A stretch of 54,504 nucleotides of DNA, taken from positions 1 through 54,504 of the forward strand of contig CAJVPI010000098.1 of NCBI GenBank assembly GCA_910592345.1, given 5' to 3'. The notes beneath the pieces are model-generated. The model was not told where the DNA came from and did not search any database. It saw nothing but the letters and a program-made list of their open reading frames with translations. Shown here piece by piece: positions 24,113 through 35,815 of the stretch. This stretch comes from Paraglomus brasilianum. Taxonomy: Eukaryota. Position 1 is the stretch's first letter, and the number at the start of each line of letters is the position of its first letter. The position numbers were made by a program, and so were the translations under genes.

Positions 24113-27100
24113 ATGAAGCAACGAAACGGTTTTGTTGCAAGGCAAAGATCCCTTCTGGTTTTGTGGCCTTTATTGTTCTGCATTATACTATGCATGACAA
24201 CATTCACTTGGGTTAAAGCACAAGAAATTTCAGACGACCTGGCACCTGTCGATAAAACACACGAAAAGCGTCTTCTCGCCAATGCTTTCCCCGAAAAGCC
24301 TACCCAGCAAGATTTTAAAGTAACCACTCTAGTTTTGATAGCTACTATTGACGGAAGCTTGCATTGCGTTAATAGAAAAACTGGTAAAATCTTGTGGTCG
24401 AAAGACCATGCAGCCGGAGGACCATTAGTTAAATCACTCCGAAAAGAGGAGCAGGCTACTCAACAGGAGGAAGACGAATATGGGTCGGATGCGGTTTCTG
24501 ACAAATCGGAGAGTGAAAATGCTTTGTCAAATGATGTAGAAGAACCAGTCGACTCGGTTCGTGAAGATGTCGATGGTGAGCCCGACGATGATAAATTTAA
24601 ATTCATAGTTGAACCAATTAATAAGGGAACACTATATTTGTATTCTCGCGGTACGGGATTGCAGGTATTTGTCTGGAATGTAGGCTTCTAGAAAATTGTT
24701 GCTGCATACTAACTCCTCGTTCTTCTCCGTTATAGAAATTTCCATGGACAATACAATCGCTTGTTGAGGCTTCCCCGCGCCGCTCTGAAACCGGGCAAGT
24801 CTTCGTTGGGAGCAAAAAGTCTAAATTTTTTGCGATTGACCCTCGAAATGGCGACTTTCTTCAATCTATTGATAGCGACGGAGAGTGTTTCGCTCCCAAA
24901 GTGCTGCCAGCAGATATTTTATACATTGGGAAGAACGGTGAGTCTACTTCATTGAAATGCACATCACAATTATTGACTTTCAGTTTACTGACAGACAGTT
25001 TATAAAACATAGAATACACACTTAAGATACACAACAGAGGAAGCACTAAGCCAGCTCTGGATGTAATTTTCAACGAATTTGTCCCAAGTAATTCCGATGA
25101 GCTAAACTATGAATCTCCATATTACATTGCCTCGGCTCACGACGATGAAGTACGTGCTACAGACGTCACCAGCGGTTAGTAAAACGTTTCATATCATTAC
25201 TACACTTGAGAGAAGAGGAGCATGAGTGATTGTTAATTAGAAATAAGCGTGCCTGTGTACTATTGAATTGACAATTGCGATATACGTATTCGAACTTTCC
25301 CTGCAGGCACGACCATGTGGTCTAGAAAATTTCCGTCTACAGCGATTGCTATATTCGACATTGTCCAAGGAGAGGATCTTTCTGGTCCGCTCTATGTAGT
25401 CAGCCAGCCCAAGTTACCCAATAGCCAAAATGACAATCTCGACCCAACTTTGTCGACTTATATAGGATTCCGAGAAGGTACTTACTTTGCAATGTCCGGC
25501 GATAATTATCCGATGATTCTACATGGAAATTGGGCAAAAGTTAACCCGCCTCCTGTTGCTGATTATCCGTTTTATTCTGTGGCTGGTACTGACGATGATA
25601 GTGAAGAGTCATGCTATTTGAAACCTGCAAGCTATCCTCACTGTTTGATCGGAAAACATACAATATCTCAACAACAACGACTTATTTCATCATCTTCTGA
25701 AAACAAAGCTGACATTGTTTCTGAGGATGCTCCATCATCTGGCAGTCCCGATGAGACTCGATACTCTAGGCTTTACATAGGACTTTCCTGGTTAGTTGTT
25801 ATAGTAATTGGGATATGGACGTGGACGCAGTATGGTGGGCAAAAGTTTAGAAAAAAGCAGATATTTCCTAAATCAACAAATATGAAGAAGGGCACACCCA
25901 CCAAAAAAAAGAGGAAAAATTCTACGACAAACAAAAAGGTTTCTTTTGATGTTACTGAGAATGTATCGCCCACGACCGCTGTTCAGACGTCCATTATCAA
26001 CGACTCCACAGTTTCTTCTAGAGGCACGGAAACAATTCGTGAAGTAGAACTCAGTAAACTTGTAGTATCAGAAGATATCGGCATAGGTATGTTTGTCAAA
26101 ATTCGAGTACACGCGTGATTTTTACATATTTGGTTTGTTCGTTCGGAATGGTGTATAACCTCTACTATTTTGTAATTCAGGTAGAGGAAGTCATGGGACA
26201 GTAGTATACAAAGGAACATTTGGGGGTCGTGAGGTTGCGGTTAAGCGTCTTCTTACCGATTTCTATGACATAGTAGATCGTGAAGTATCATTATTAGAGA
26301 AACACGATTTTCATCCTAATGTAATACGCTACCACTGCATGGAAAAGAGAGAGCAGTTTTACTACATTGCTCTTGAGCTCTGTGATGCATCACTCTACGA
26401 GGTTATCGAACGGCGGGCTGCTATTCAGAATCCTGAATTGCTTACAGCTTTTGCGTCTGTTAAACCTCAGACCCTTCTCTACCAAATTATCTGTGGCTTG
26501 AATTACTTGCACGCAATGAAGATCGTGCATAGGGACATCAAGCCACAGAATATTTTAATAGCACTAACGAGAGGGGGTAATACATCTATCCAAGCGAAGA
26601 TATCTGATTTTGGTCTAAGCAAGAAGATAGAGGGAGTTGGCAGTAGCCTTCCTGGGACAAGCAGCGGTGGGGGAACTGTTGGTTGGAGAGCACCAGAATT
26701 GTTGCCGCAATCAACATTTGATAATTACACAAACGATAGTTTGTCATCGTCATACACAGATGAATTCAGTGATGAGCAGCCACGGAGATTTACCAGAGCA
26801 ATTGACATATTCTCTGCTGGATGCTTGTTTTACTATGTGTTATCAAATGGAGGACATCCGTTTGGTAACATTATTTCTAGAGAAGCTAATATTTTAAGTA
26901 ATACATATAAAATAGAAAATTTGGAGGCTGAAGCCAAAGATCTGATTGAGCGGATGATAAGCAATGATCCGTCGAAAAGGTAAGGTTTCTTACCATTGTG
27001 GTGTCGTTCTTGAAGATATTATGCTAATCGGAACACTGTAATCTTTACCGTTTTACCATAGGCCGAAGGTGGATAGTATCATGGTGCATCCTTACTTCTG

Positions 27101-27596
27101 GTCTCCCACAAAACGTCTTGCATTCTTACAAGATGCTTCAGATAGATTTGAAAAGGAAGGACGCGATCCGCCGTCCGAATTACTTAAACGTCTCGAGTTA
27201 GGGGCTCGTGCAATAACTGGGACAGATTGGCATTTTTTCCTTGATGAGGTAATCAACGAGAATCTTAGAAAACATAGATCGTACGATGGTATTAAGATTA
27301 GAGATTTATTGCGTGCTTTGCGAAATAAGGTATGAAATATTGCTGCCAAATGTTACAGGCTCGACAATACGAGTGTTAATTGACACGATCTATTCCATTA
27401 GAAAAACCATTACCAGGATGATGATGAAAAGGTAAAACGTGCGTTAGGCGACCTTCCTGATGGTTTCTTGAATTATTTCACTTCTCGGTTTCCCGGACTC
27501 CTTTTACATGTATATAATGCTATTGCTGAGAATGATGCTTTGAAAAATGAGAGTGTATTTAGACAATATTTTAGTTCCGAAGAGCATAATAACTGA
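24113..27596 (+). CDS. IRE1: Serine/threonine kinase-endoribonuclease IRE1 (unfolded protein response sensor); 7 exons: 24113-24664, 24736-24937, 25013-25174, 25307-26086, 26181-26979, 27062-27329, 27402-27596
   Basis: Signal peptide, luminal ATIDGSLHCVNRKTGKILW, TM segment, kinase GRGSHGTVVYKG/VAVKRL/HRDIKPQN/DFGLSK/GTVGWRAPE, and KEN domain FLQDASDRFE...DLLRALRNKKNHY...YFTSRFP. All six GT-AG introns keep frame. Confidence 0.97.
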
Positions 27597-29093
27597 CGGA
27601 AGTAGTATTTATTCATTATCATGAGACAGAATACGTATATAGAGTAGCCTTGACATTCTGTACTTTTTAAATTTAATGCATGTAAATATATACTAATTAA
27701 CGGTGTGTTGGATATATATCAATCACATTCGAGTAACGAATGGAGTTTCTTTGGGCCTTATTTCGTTACAATAGACTGTCTATGCTCCCGACACATTTGC
27801 TTCACGCGGGTTGGTTTGACAAGTAATGTTTGTGATCAGGTATCAGGTCAGATGACGCATTCATGACTTCCAAAAGTGGATAAGTAGTCGTTCGTATAAA
27901 TAGTTGCCCAATTAGAATTGACCACGGTTCAGAGTCTCGTTTCATTGAATATGTGATATTAATATTAATATGCATGTCAATCAGCTCGGGAACGGATAGC
28001 ATAAATATGAATCTGACTGGCTCCAGAGACTAGGTTAAGAATAGCCATGCGAAAAGAAATAAGCAGATACCCAGTTTAAAACTGGAGCATCACATAATAA
28101 TAACGATAACATTCTTGAAATGACAGTGTTAAACGAACATGACGCACAGACGATTTTAGGGTTTCATTTGACGTGTGCCACAAATGTTTTGACACTTGGC
28201 AATGGCCAATTCACCATCCATATTCTGCCCTTAAATGACTTTGCAATATGTCGTGCCACACTATATGTGATTCTGGATTTGAATTGAGCACTACGCCCGT
28301 AGCCATAATCTAATAAATAAAATCCTACTATTACCAGCGCTGATGCTTTCAATTGCAATTAATTGCCAATTTAAAAATCGTGCAGGGATAAGTTAACACA
28401 GTTTACGCGAGTGAGATAATTATAGTCTGAATTATCCCTCTTTGTTCGGATTATAACCATCCCAATGACGATGATTTCGCGTCGTCATTCAAGTACGACA
28501 AGTTTATGTTTGTGTCGTCATACTATGTGATCTCCAAAACGTTTTGTATGTAGATATTTATACCCAGGTAGATTATGCCTTCAATTGATTCGAAGTGCGA
28601 GGTATTGCGAAAGAAAATGTTACGCTTTTCAATAGCCCATACAGATATTTTCTTTCAATTGAAATAATTACCGCGGGAATAAATGACGATGCCTTCATAT
28701 TTGCATCGTCGTCATGTAAGAGTGGTAATTTGCGGCTAAACTTTTAACCATGACAGTTGGGGAATACCTTTGAAGCTCACCTGCGCGTCGTTATTTAAAA
28801 TAGCTGGGAAAAATTCGCAAACGTGTCATCGTTCGAGTAACAACGGCGATCTAATCTCTTGATCTAACTCGCGATTTCTAACTTGTAATAGTGAATTATT
28901 TTATCCAAACCCAATTATATACGAAACATGTTGTAAATTGTTTCTGATCAATTAGCAGAGGCTTTCAAATATTGTATTGTCTCGTATGCTTGGTGAAGAT
29001 GCCATTCGGAGACTTTTAATACTCAGTACAATAAAATACCTAGCTATTATTTGTCATCCGAGTTTAGCAGGCCGAGTATTACCAAATGATTTA

Positions 29094-30321
29094 CAGTGCT
29101 GTGCAGAAGTAATGAGAATTACTAATAAACTGACAGCTTGGTAACTAACAGCTGAATTTGTTGGAAATTTTGCATAAACTTTATTCAAGATATAGTAAAT
29201 ATATATATACGAAATTTTAACCTTTAATCTTATTTCCTTTCCCTGTAATCACGTCAGTCACCAATACGTCTGGGCATACTATTAACTAAGTTAAGTAAAA
29301 CTGATCTATCAATTGATTCCTATTCTTCTCTTATAAAATCTTTGAAATCATCAACTTTTACTTTTTTTTTGGAACCAAACATTTATTCACCTTCTTTTCA
29401 ACCTTTCTTTTCATAATTGCCCATAGACTCTCAATTGGATTGAGGTCTGGGCTATTAGAGCACTTTTGGACATTTAGCCTTGAGTAATTCTGTTGTTGCC
29501 TTAGCTGTATGCTTGGAATCATTATCTTGTTGAAAGATCCAAGATTTTCCCATCATACCAGATGCATTCTCAAATAAATTTTCATTGAGAATTTGTCTCT
29601 ATTCATGTTTTCAGTAAATATAAAAATAAAATATCCAATAATAATAAGACCTTTTGCTGAAAATGATCCCCAAAAATGAACTTTGTAAGAATGCTTGGGC
29701 ATAGGCTTTTGTGGTGGTGGTTGATTTTCTTTATAATAAATTCTAATAGTATTTCTATATATCTGGAATGTGGTTTCACCAGAAAATACTACCTTTTTCC
29801 AATTCAATTTGGCATGGCTTAAAGCCCATCCTATTCGAGAAAGCTCTCTGGATATTGTACTTCATGAAACATTCAATCCAGGGTTAGATTCGTTGAGCCT
29901 TGTGGCAAGCTCTTTGCTGTTTGTAGCTGAACCATGTGACCTAGTTGACGTCGCTTTTTTGGACTAAGCACTCTAGGTCTCCCTGAACGGGGAAGTGGTT
30001 CTAACTTGCCATCTTTTTTTAATTGGGCGACACATCTGTACACAGTAGACAATGGGACACCTGTTGTTTCAGAAAGAACTTTTGGCTTTCATAATTATTA
30101 GCCCACAATTGTCTTATAGTGCTTCTTTGCTGTGTGAGAGATGACTCCATTATTTGAGGTAGACGTATAGTGCTAAATATAATACTTACCCTAAGGTTAG
30201 ATAGCATAACTTTATTTATAATTGATGTGTAATTTATTCTGTAAAACCGGTTTTTAATTAGGGTAACATTGGCATCACAAATAAAATTTTATTGTGAACA
30301 AATTACTTTTGCACAGTACTG
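29094..30321 (-). mobile_element. Tc1-family DNA transposon, degenerate, both ends present
   Basis: TIRs CAGT(G/A)CTGTGCA(G/A)AAGTAAT with TA flanks. Transposase relics [24 protein letters not shown] and [17 protein letters not shown], broken by frameshifts. Confidence 0.92.
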
Positions 30322-30990
30322 TATATACTTGTTCGGGCTTTATTAATGCGTTGTAAATTTTGGCACTTTTGCACCAAAGATTCAGTGGGTTTATTTGTTA
30401 TTTTGGTATACGACAAACTGATTTATTCAATCGCGAACAATTTTGCAATTGCAATTCCGGTTATTCCGGTATTTGACAAATTGCATATAACAATAAATGC
30501 AGAATATTTGATAACGGAAACACCGTTTGTCACTATAAAAAATATTAAAAATTTTCATTCTATTTGGTTCTACATAGATAATTGTGAATAATATATGTTT
30601 TCTGTTTTCTGTCTTATGTTATGAAAAATAGATAGCCAAGATTTGGTATAATTAGAAAATTCTGGGACAGTAACCCAACACAGAAATAAGACGAGATTAT
30701 AACGCAAAATTTAGTCTAGACTCCTAGACTATTTTGAGTTCGCAAACGAACAAATTAATACGTACGTATAACGAACGATTTTCTATGTTACCTTTAATAT
30801 ACTTTTTTATTCAAAATTGAGAATAACATAATTGCGAAACATTTAACCTACCTTTTTTTTTTAGCAATGATTCAACTTTGAGACATATGTCAACCAAGTC
30901 CAGAGTCTCGACAGATAATTTTTTTCGAATTGAAAGAATATTTTCCATAGTTGCGTGTGTAATCTGCACAACCGTCCCATAATACACGTA

Positions 30991-31133
30991 CAGTCGCACT
31001 CCCTTATAGCCACACCATCGGGACCATAGGAAATTTTGACAAAATGGTGACTATATGGAGAGCAGATTGTGACTATACAGAGAATTTACATAGTTGGTGA
31101 CTATATGGAAGGTAACTATAAGAAGTGCGACTG
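30991..31133. mobile_element. MITE, pogo/Tigger-like, 143 bp
   Basis: TIR CAGTCGCACT..TTATAG at both ends, TA on both sides, internal GTGACTATA repeats. Confidence 0.85.
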
Positions 31134-31310
31134 TACATAAGACAATGTCGAAAATTGTTACAAGTTTCAATTGAACGACCTCAACGCCTACGCAAGCTTC
31201 TGAAAAACTTGCTCATTATATTAAAGAAAATGAGAAAGATCTTGTCCCAGACAAAATAAATAAATTGGCATATAATCTAGCAAAAGCACATGCCTAAGTT
31301 AGTGACACAA

Positions 31311-31513
31311 GGTTGTGAGTAGTAAATCCTAGTTTAAAGGTCACTAACTGTCACTATATTTAACTAAAGTAGAGAAGTCCACAGCTCCATTTAAAAGATA
31401 GTTTAATCCCAAGAGTTGATAATTGATTGCTCTCCCATAATTATTGACTTGACAAAAGCATTGTATACATAGTAAACCAGTGAGAGAGCATCATTTTCAA
31501 TGACTTTGTAACA
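31311..31513 (-). repeat. Dispersed LTR-like element with conserved core, copy D
   Basis: AAGGTCACTAACTGTCACTA...AAAGTAGAG...CTCCATTTAAAA...ATCCCAAGAG...ATTGCTCTCCC, colinear with 3421-3588. Minus strand begins TGTTACA at 31513. Confidence 0.5.
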
Positions 31514-32327
31514 ACTACCCAACAGTTTAATCATGTTATCGATGACTTGACTGTCTTGTTGAAGCTCAATCACTTTTTAATTTCATAACAAATATAGCTT
31601 TTATATGAGCACATTCTATACTAGGCTAAAACATTAAACTCCTATGTTATTAACAAACCCAGTCAACCCTCTATATATGCATGCCATTGGGAATGATCCA
31701 GAGCATGCATATAGAGAGAGGAATGCATATATAGAGGTAAAGCGCATAAAAGTGTACTATAGAATTACGCCCTGTCACAAGTGTCATTCAAATTGCGTCC
31801 CGGTTTCACAAAAGAAAATTCTGCTTATAAAAAGGCTCGAAAAATTCCGTAGGAGGAGCGTGTTTAATGTGTGTTTGAATGTGTTAGTAAATATTATTTA
31901 TATTTATATTTAAAATACTACGATCGGTAGTGAAATTGTTAAATTTATTGTCTACAAATTTTGATTGGACTCATTCACTAGGAGCGACTGGAACATACCC
32001 TTAATTAAACGCGTCGAATCTTTTATAATTAATACACTCTTCGACTAATGATTATTATTAGTTGTTGTTCTAATAATAGTTCTATTCTTGTGCGTCGTTG
32101 TTGCTGTATGGAAGTATCTGTTGCCGTTAGGCCAGCTTACAGAAGTTGAATTAGTACTTAACTGGAGCAGCGGACGCTGGAGTATCAGACCAGACAAGGG
32201 AGAACATTCGATTATCGGTGCAATTTTTTTTTTTTTGCTGTACTCACGGAAAGCCGCCATAAATGGTTTATATATTTCCTTACGTATTAGTTGGTATCTG
32301 GTTGAAATAATAGGTCATATACATATA

Positions 32328-32720
32328 CAGTGTATTACGAAAAAAATGGCCCTCACAAGAAATTGCATAATTTAACAACACAGGATATCTAAACACTTTA
32401 GATGTTTTAGAAAGTTTATAATGTACTTTATTATAAATAAAAAATTTAATACGAAATTTTATCCCCGTTCTTTTCCAATACAAGCTCGCATCTTTTTCGT
32501 TGATAAAACCAAATTGTTCACTGTTTCAACTGAAATTGCATCCCATTCTTCGTTTTTTAACATTGTTTTTGATTATTTGCCACATGTTTTTTATGGAATT
32601 AAGGCCTAGGCTATTGGATGGCCAATCAACAGCCCAAATCCCATTCTCGACAATAAAATCCTTGGCAACACGCGAGATGTGCTTTGGGTCATTATCTTGT
32701 TGCAGATGCTAGTTCCTGCC
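32328..32720 (-). mobile_element. Tc1 transposase 3' fragment
   Basis: Minus strand encodes LQQDNDPKHISRVAKDFIVENGIWAVDWPSNSLGLNSIKNMWQIIK, with 34 residues between D and the E position (now K). TA-CAGTG end at 32326-32332. Confidence 0.85.
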
Positions 32721-33583
32721 ATACGAACAAAGTAAACAATTCGTATACGGAAGACAAAAAGTGGTTATAGTTTATACGCAGGATCTTTGTGACAAACTTT
32801 TACGACGCATGTAAACGCTGTGTTTACACTATTGTCATACTTCATTGATGTTAGGAGAAACCCTTTCGCAAGAGGTTTGTTTCCAAAATTAAAATACAAA
32901 CAATCGAAAATCGGCACTAACCCGAAATCTCAAAAATCGGAATGACGTAATGCATAATCCAGTGCTTTAATATAACCATCGTATCTTTATTAACAAATAA
33001 TCAGCGAGTAACAAATTTTATTGGATAATCTGCTGCTAAAAATTAAAAATCTCGTAGGTCTTATACAATTACGAGTCAGGATCGCAGTCTTTATTACAGT
33101 ATTACAGAGACTAACAACTTAACGAGAGTTTATATACAGTATGTCGTCCGACTTATTCAATGAGAAAAAAAGGGCAGAGAGGTGTTGTCCGACTTATCGA
33201 GGTTACTTATGTATAAGCAACAAAATTTTAAAATACGAGGCGCGGAGTGTAATTAATTGTATCCATCTATCTATCTATGCTCCGGAACAAAGATTATTAT
33301 GTGCAACAGACCCTGTTTATAAGCATATTCAACACATTCTCATGATTTTTGTGCTGATAAAGTCCATCAAGCGTTTGTCTTCATTAATATCAGATTAATA
33401 TCTCCCACGCCAATCATTATTTCTAGATATCAAGCTAACTACACGTATCTAGCTCAGATCAACATTTAACGCATCGGAAGTCTAATTGTTAAAACCAGAT
33501 TTTCTCTCCCCATTTTGTTATAAAAAAGATAAACTTTGGATTTAACAGCAAAATTTTCTTTAATACGTTTACTATCATTCATC

Positions 33584-34600
33584 ATGGTCTTTGAAGATAT
33601 CTTTTATCCGGGTAACGCAAGGAAGAGAAAGGAAGTGTCGGACTATCAGATCAAGTTCCAACTGAGGTTCAATGATTTTAAAAAATCTTGGAACACAATG
33701 TGTACATCCTTCAATAACGCAGTTCAACGGACGCGACCGGATTGGATTCTGCAACGACTCGACTATACTCCGGATTCACAAAAGGCAGATGATATACTCA
33801 ATGGAATCAAGAGCGTAATGGAAGATACAAAAGATAAGATTCCAAAGATGGAACATGACCTTGGTATCAAGGATATAGCAGGAGCCTTTGAGAAAAGGGA
33901 TGCAGAAAAATTTAAGAAAATCTCCACAGCGTTAACTGCATTATTAGGCACATTTGAAACTGTAATTGTTATACACGTTCTAAAGATAATATTTAAGCAT
34001 GTGAAGCCCATCTGTGGGATTATAGTAGCAAGCGTACGCAGACTTGGAGGAGTAATTGGATTCATCTTGGGCGGTTTCGTAGCAACTTTGGTAGCAAGTG
34101 TTATACTCGGAGCTATAGAAAGTAAAAAATTGGGAGATGCTATAGAAGAATTTCGCAAGTTCGATGAGGATTGCATCGAACACCTCGAGGACATGCGCAG
34201 GAAGATTGACGGAATAAACCAGAATATCGTGGATGGCATTTATAAGATAAACGATTATTATTTTATACAAGACAGAAAGCTTAAAGAAGATATTCCTGTG
34301 GGATTACAGAAATTTTCCATTGAGTATATCGACGGCCTAGTTAGAATTACTTTATCTGTATTTCATTCGTGTCATGTAACGCGATATATTCGCAGTCTTA
34401 TTTATATGTACTACTTGTTGCTTTGGCATAATAATAAAAACATCGATATATTGTATTTCTCGTTAAAATCACGTGTAATGATACAACACCACTTAATCGC
34501 TAAATCAATGACGTACGATATTAAAGACATTTCGGACAATGAATGTATCCGCACATCTAGTGTAACAGGGAAACTACACTTACCTAGAAAAATTATATGA
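33584..34600 (+). CDS. SMCO3/DUF4533-like coiled-coil protein with hydrophobic hairpin; intronless, 3' end uncertain
   Basis: First ATG at 33584. The N-terminus DIFYPGNARKRKEV and the motif ILGAIESKKLGDAI resemble vertebrate SMCO3 (as recalled). Hydrophobic segments TALTALLGTFETVIVIHVL and LGGVIGFILGGFVATLVASVIL. Confidence 0.7.
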   Translation: MVFEDIFYPGNARKRKEVSDYQIKFQLRFNDFKKSWNTMCTSFNNAVQRTRPDWILQRLDYTPDSQKADDILNGIKSVMEDTKDKIPKMEHDLGIKDIAGAFEKRDAEKFKKISTALTALLGTFETVIVIHVLKIIFKHVKPICGIIVASVRRLGGVIGFILGGFVATLVASVILGAIESKKLGDAIEEFRKFDEDCIEHLEDMRRKIDGINQNIVDGIYKINDYYFIQDRKLKEDIPVGLQKFSIEYIDGLVRITLSVFHSCHVTRYIRSLIYMYYLLLWHNNKNIDILYFSLKSRVMIQHHLIAKSMTYDIKDISDNECIRTSSVTGKLHLPRKII

Positions 34601-34610
34601 AATTCGATAT

Positions 34611-34858
34611 TCTTTTTCGCCCATATTTTTTGTAGAAAGCTGCCAATAAATTTTGATCGTATTTTATGAAAAAGGACAGAATTTTACCCATTCGTGGTTA
34701 TGAAGCTGCAGCGCAATGTTTTTCACCCATCAACCATTGATCATATGATCTGTGTAATTGTCGCAACCAAGATATAAATAAAATTCTACGTCTCATTTCA
34801 TAGAATACCTTCAAAATTTATTAGGACAGTTTTCTACAAAAATGTGGGCGAAAAAGGA
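34611..34858. mobile_element. Foldback/MITE-like element with ~46-bp inverted repeats
   Basis: TTTTTCGCCCATATTTTTTGTAGAAAGCTGCCAATAAATTTTGA versus right reverse complement TTTTTCGCCCACATTTTTGTAGAAAACTGTCCTAATAAATTTTGA. Confidence 0.7.
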
Positions 34859-35538
34859 CCGACTCTTAATGGAAAACATGGTGTTTACTCTGAACACCTC
34901 AGAGTATGAAAAACAGGTATTGCACCTCATACTCTTGATTTAGAGACTGCATTGGCAAATAGCTACTTGAAGTTCCTTGTTTATTACTGCAAAAAACAAT
35001 ATCATGTGACACAAGGTAGAAATATCATAATAATAACAAAAGTTTGAACCTATAGAACAGTAAATTCCTTCAACTATGCAAATTATCCAAGTACCATGCC
35101 GGCAATTGATCAGCTGATCTTGAAGCTCAGCCTTTAAGAAGCTTTCTCTTGATAGTTGATGCCTTTTAGGAGTTTCCAGATCACATGTTAATATGTTCTT
35201 GCTGCCGATTACAATAAACCTATTAGATGAGATATAGAAAAAACTGGTAATTTGTTTTTATAACTGCGCATTCCGATTTTTATTGCACCCGTAAACAAGT
35301 AAGTTCTGCAAATAGCAGCGAAGGGATGATTGATAATTCATAATTCGTATGTTCTTCTATCGAAAAGTTAAGTATTTATCATGTTTATTCATTAATTCAT
35401 TAAGATTCGAGACTTCATACCGACTAATTGAGAATGATCAGTATTAGAAGATCAGGATAGGATATCGAAAAATGTAGAAAATCCACGCCTATTTATCGTT
35501 GTATTAAGAATTATTTTCCCATCAGTAAAGCCTTCATT

Positions 35539-35815
35539 CTAAAACCTGATAAAATACCAAAGATTGACGAATTTTCTCCCAAAAGAGGTACGGTGATTAT
35601 ATTCGAATACCAATAATCTGTACAGAAAAGGTACCAGTTAAGCATCAGTTACAAAAAACCCTCTAAATTATAGGCCAACAGGGATCCTACGTATTGTTTC
35701 AATGTTCTCAATATTTCGAGGATACAGCCATCGAAACTTTTTGGTTGCATATTTATCCGACTTTACACTTTTTGTTTCAGATTTCTCCGAACCAGGTACG
35801 CATACCGTTTGGAAA
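35539..35815 (+). pseudogene. Relic resembling an A32/FtsK-like DNA-packaging ATPase
   Basis: [23 protein letters not shown] (Walker-B-like) followed, after a stop and frame change, by IFRGYSHRNFLVAYLS...GTH (resembles the A32 RHxN motif). Confidence 0.4.

Noticed and set aside
27802..28358. Possible spliced minus-strand gene downstream of IRE1
   Set aside because: Frames are interrupted by stops and could not be joined with canonical splice sites.
33763..34270. 158-aa and 96-aa minus-strand ORFs
   Set aside because: Antisense shadows of the SMCO3-like ORF.
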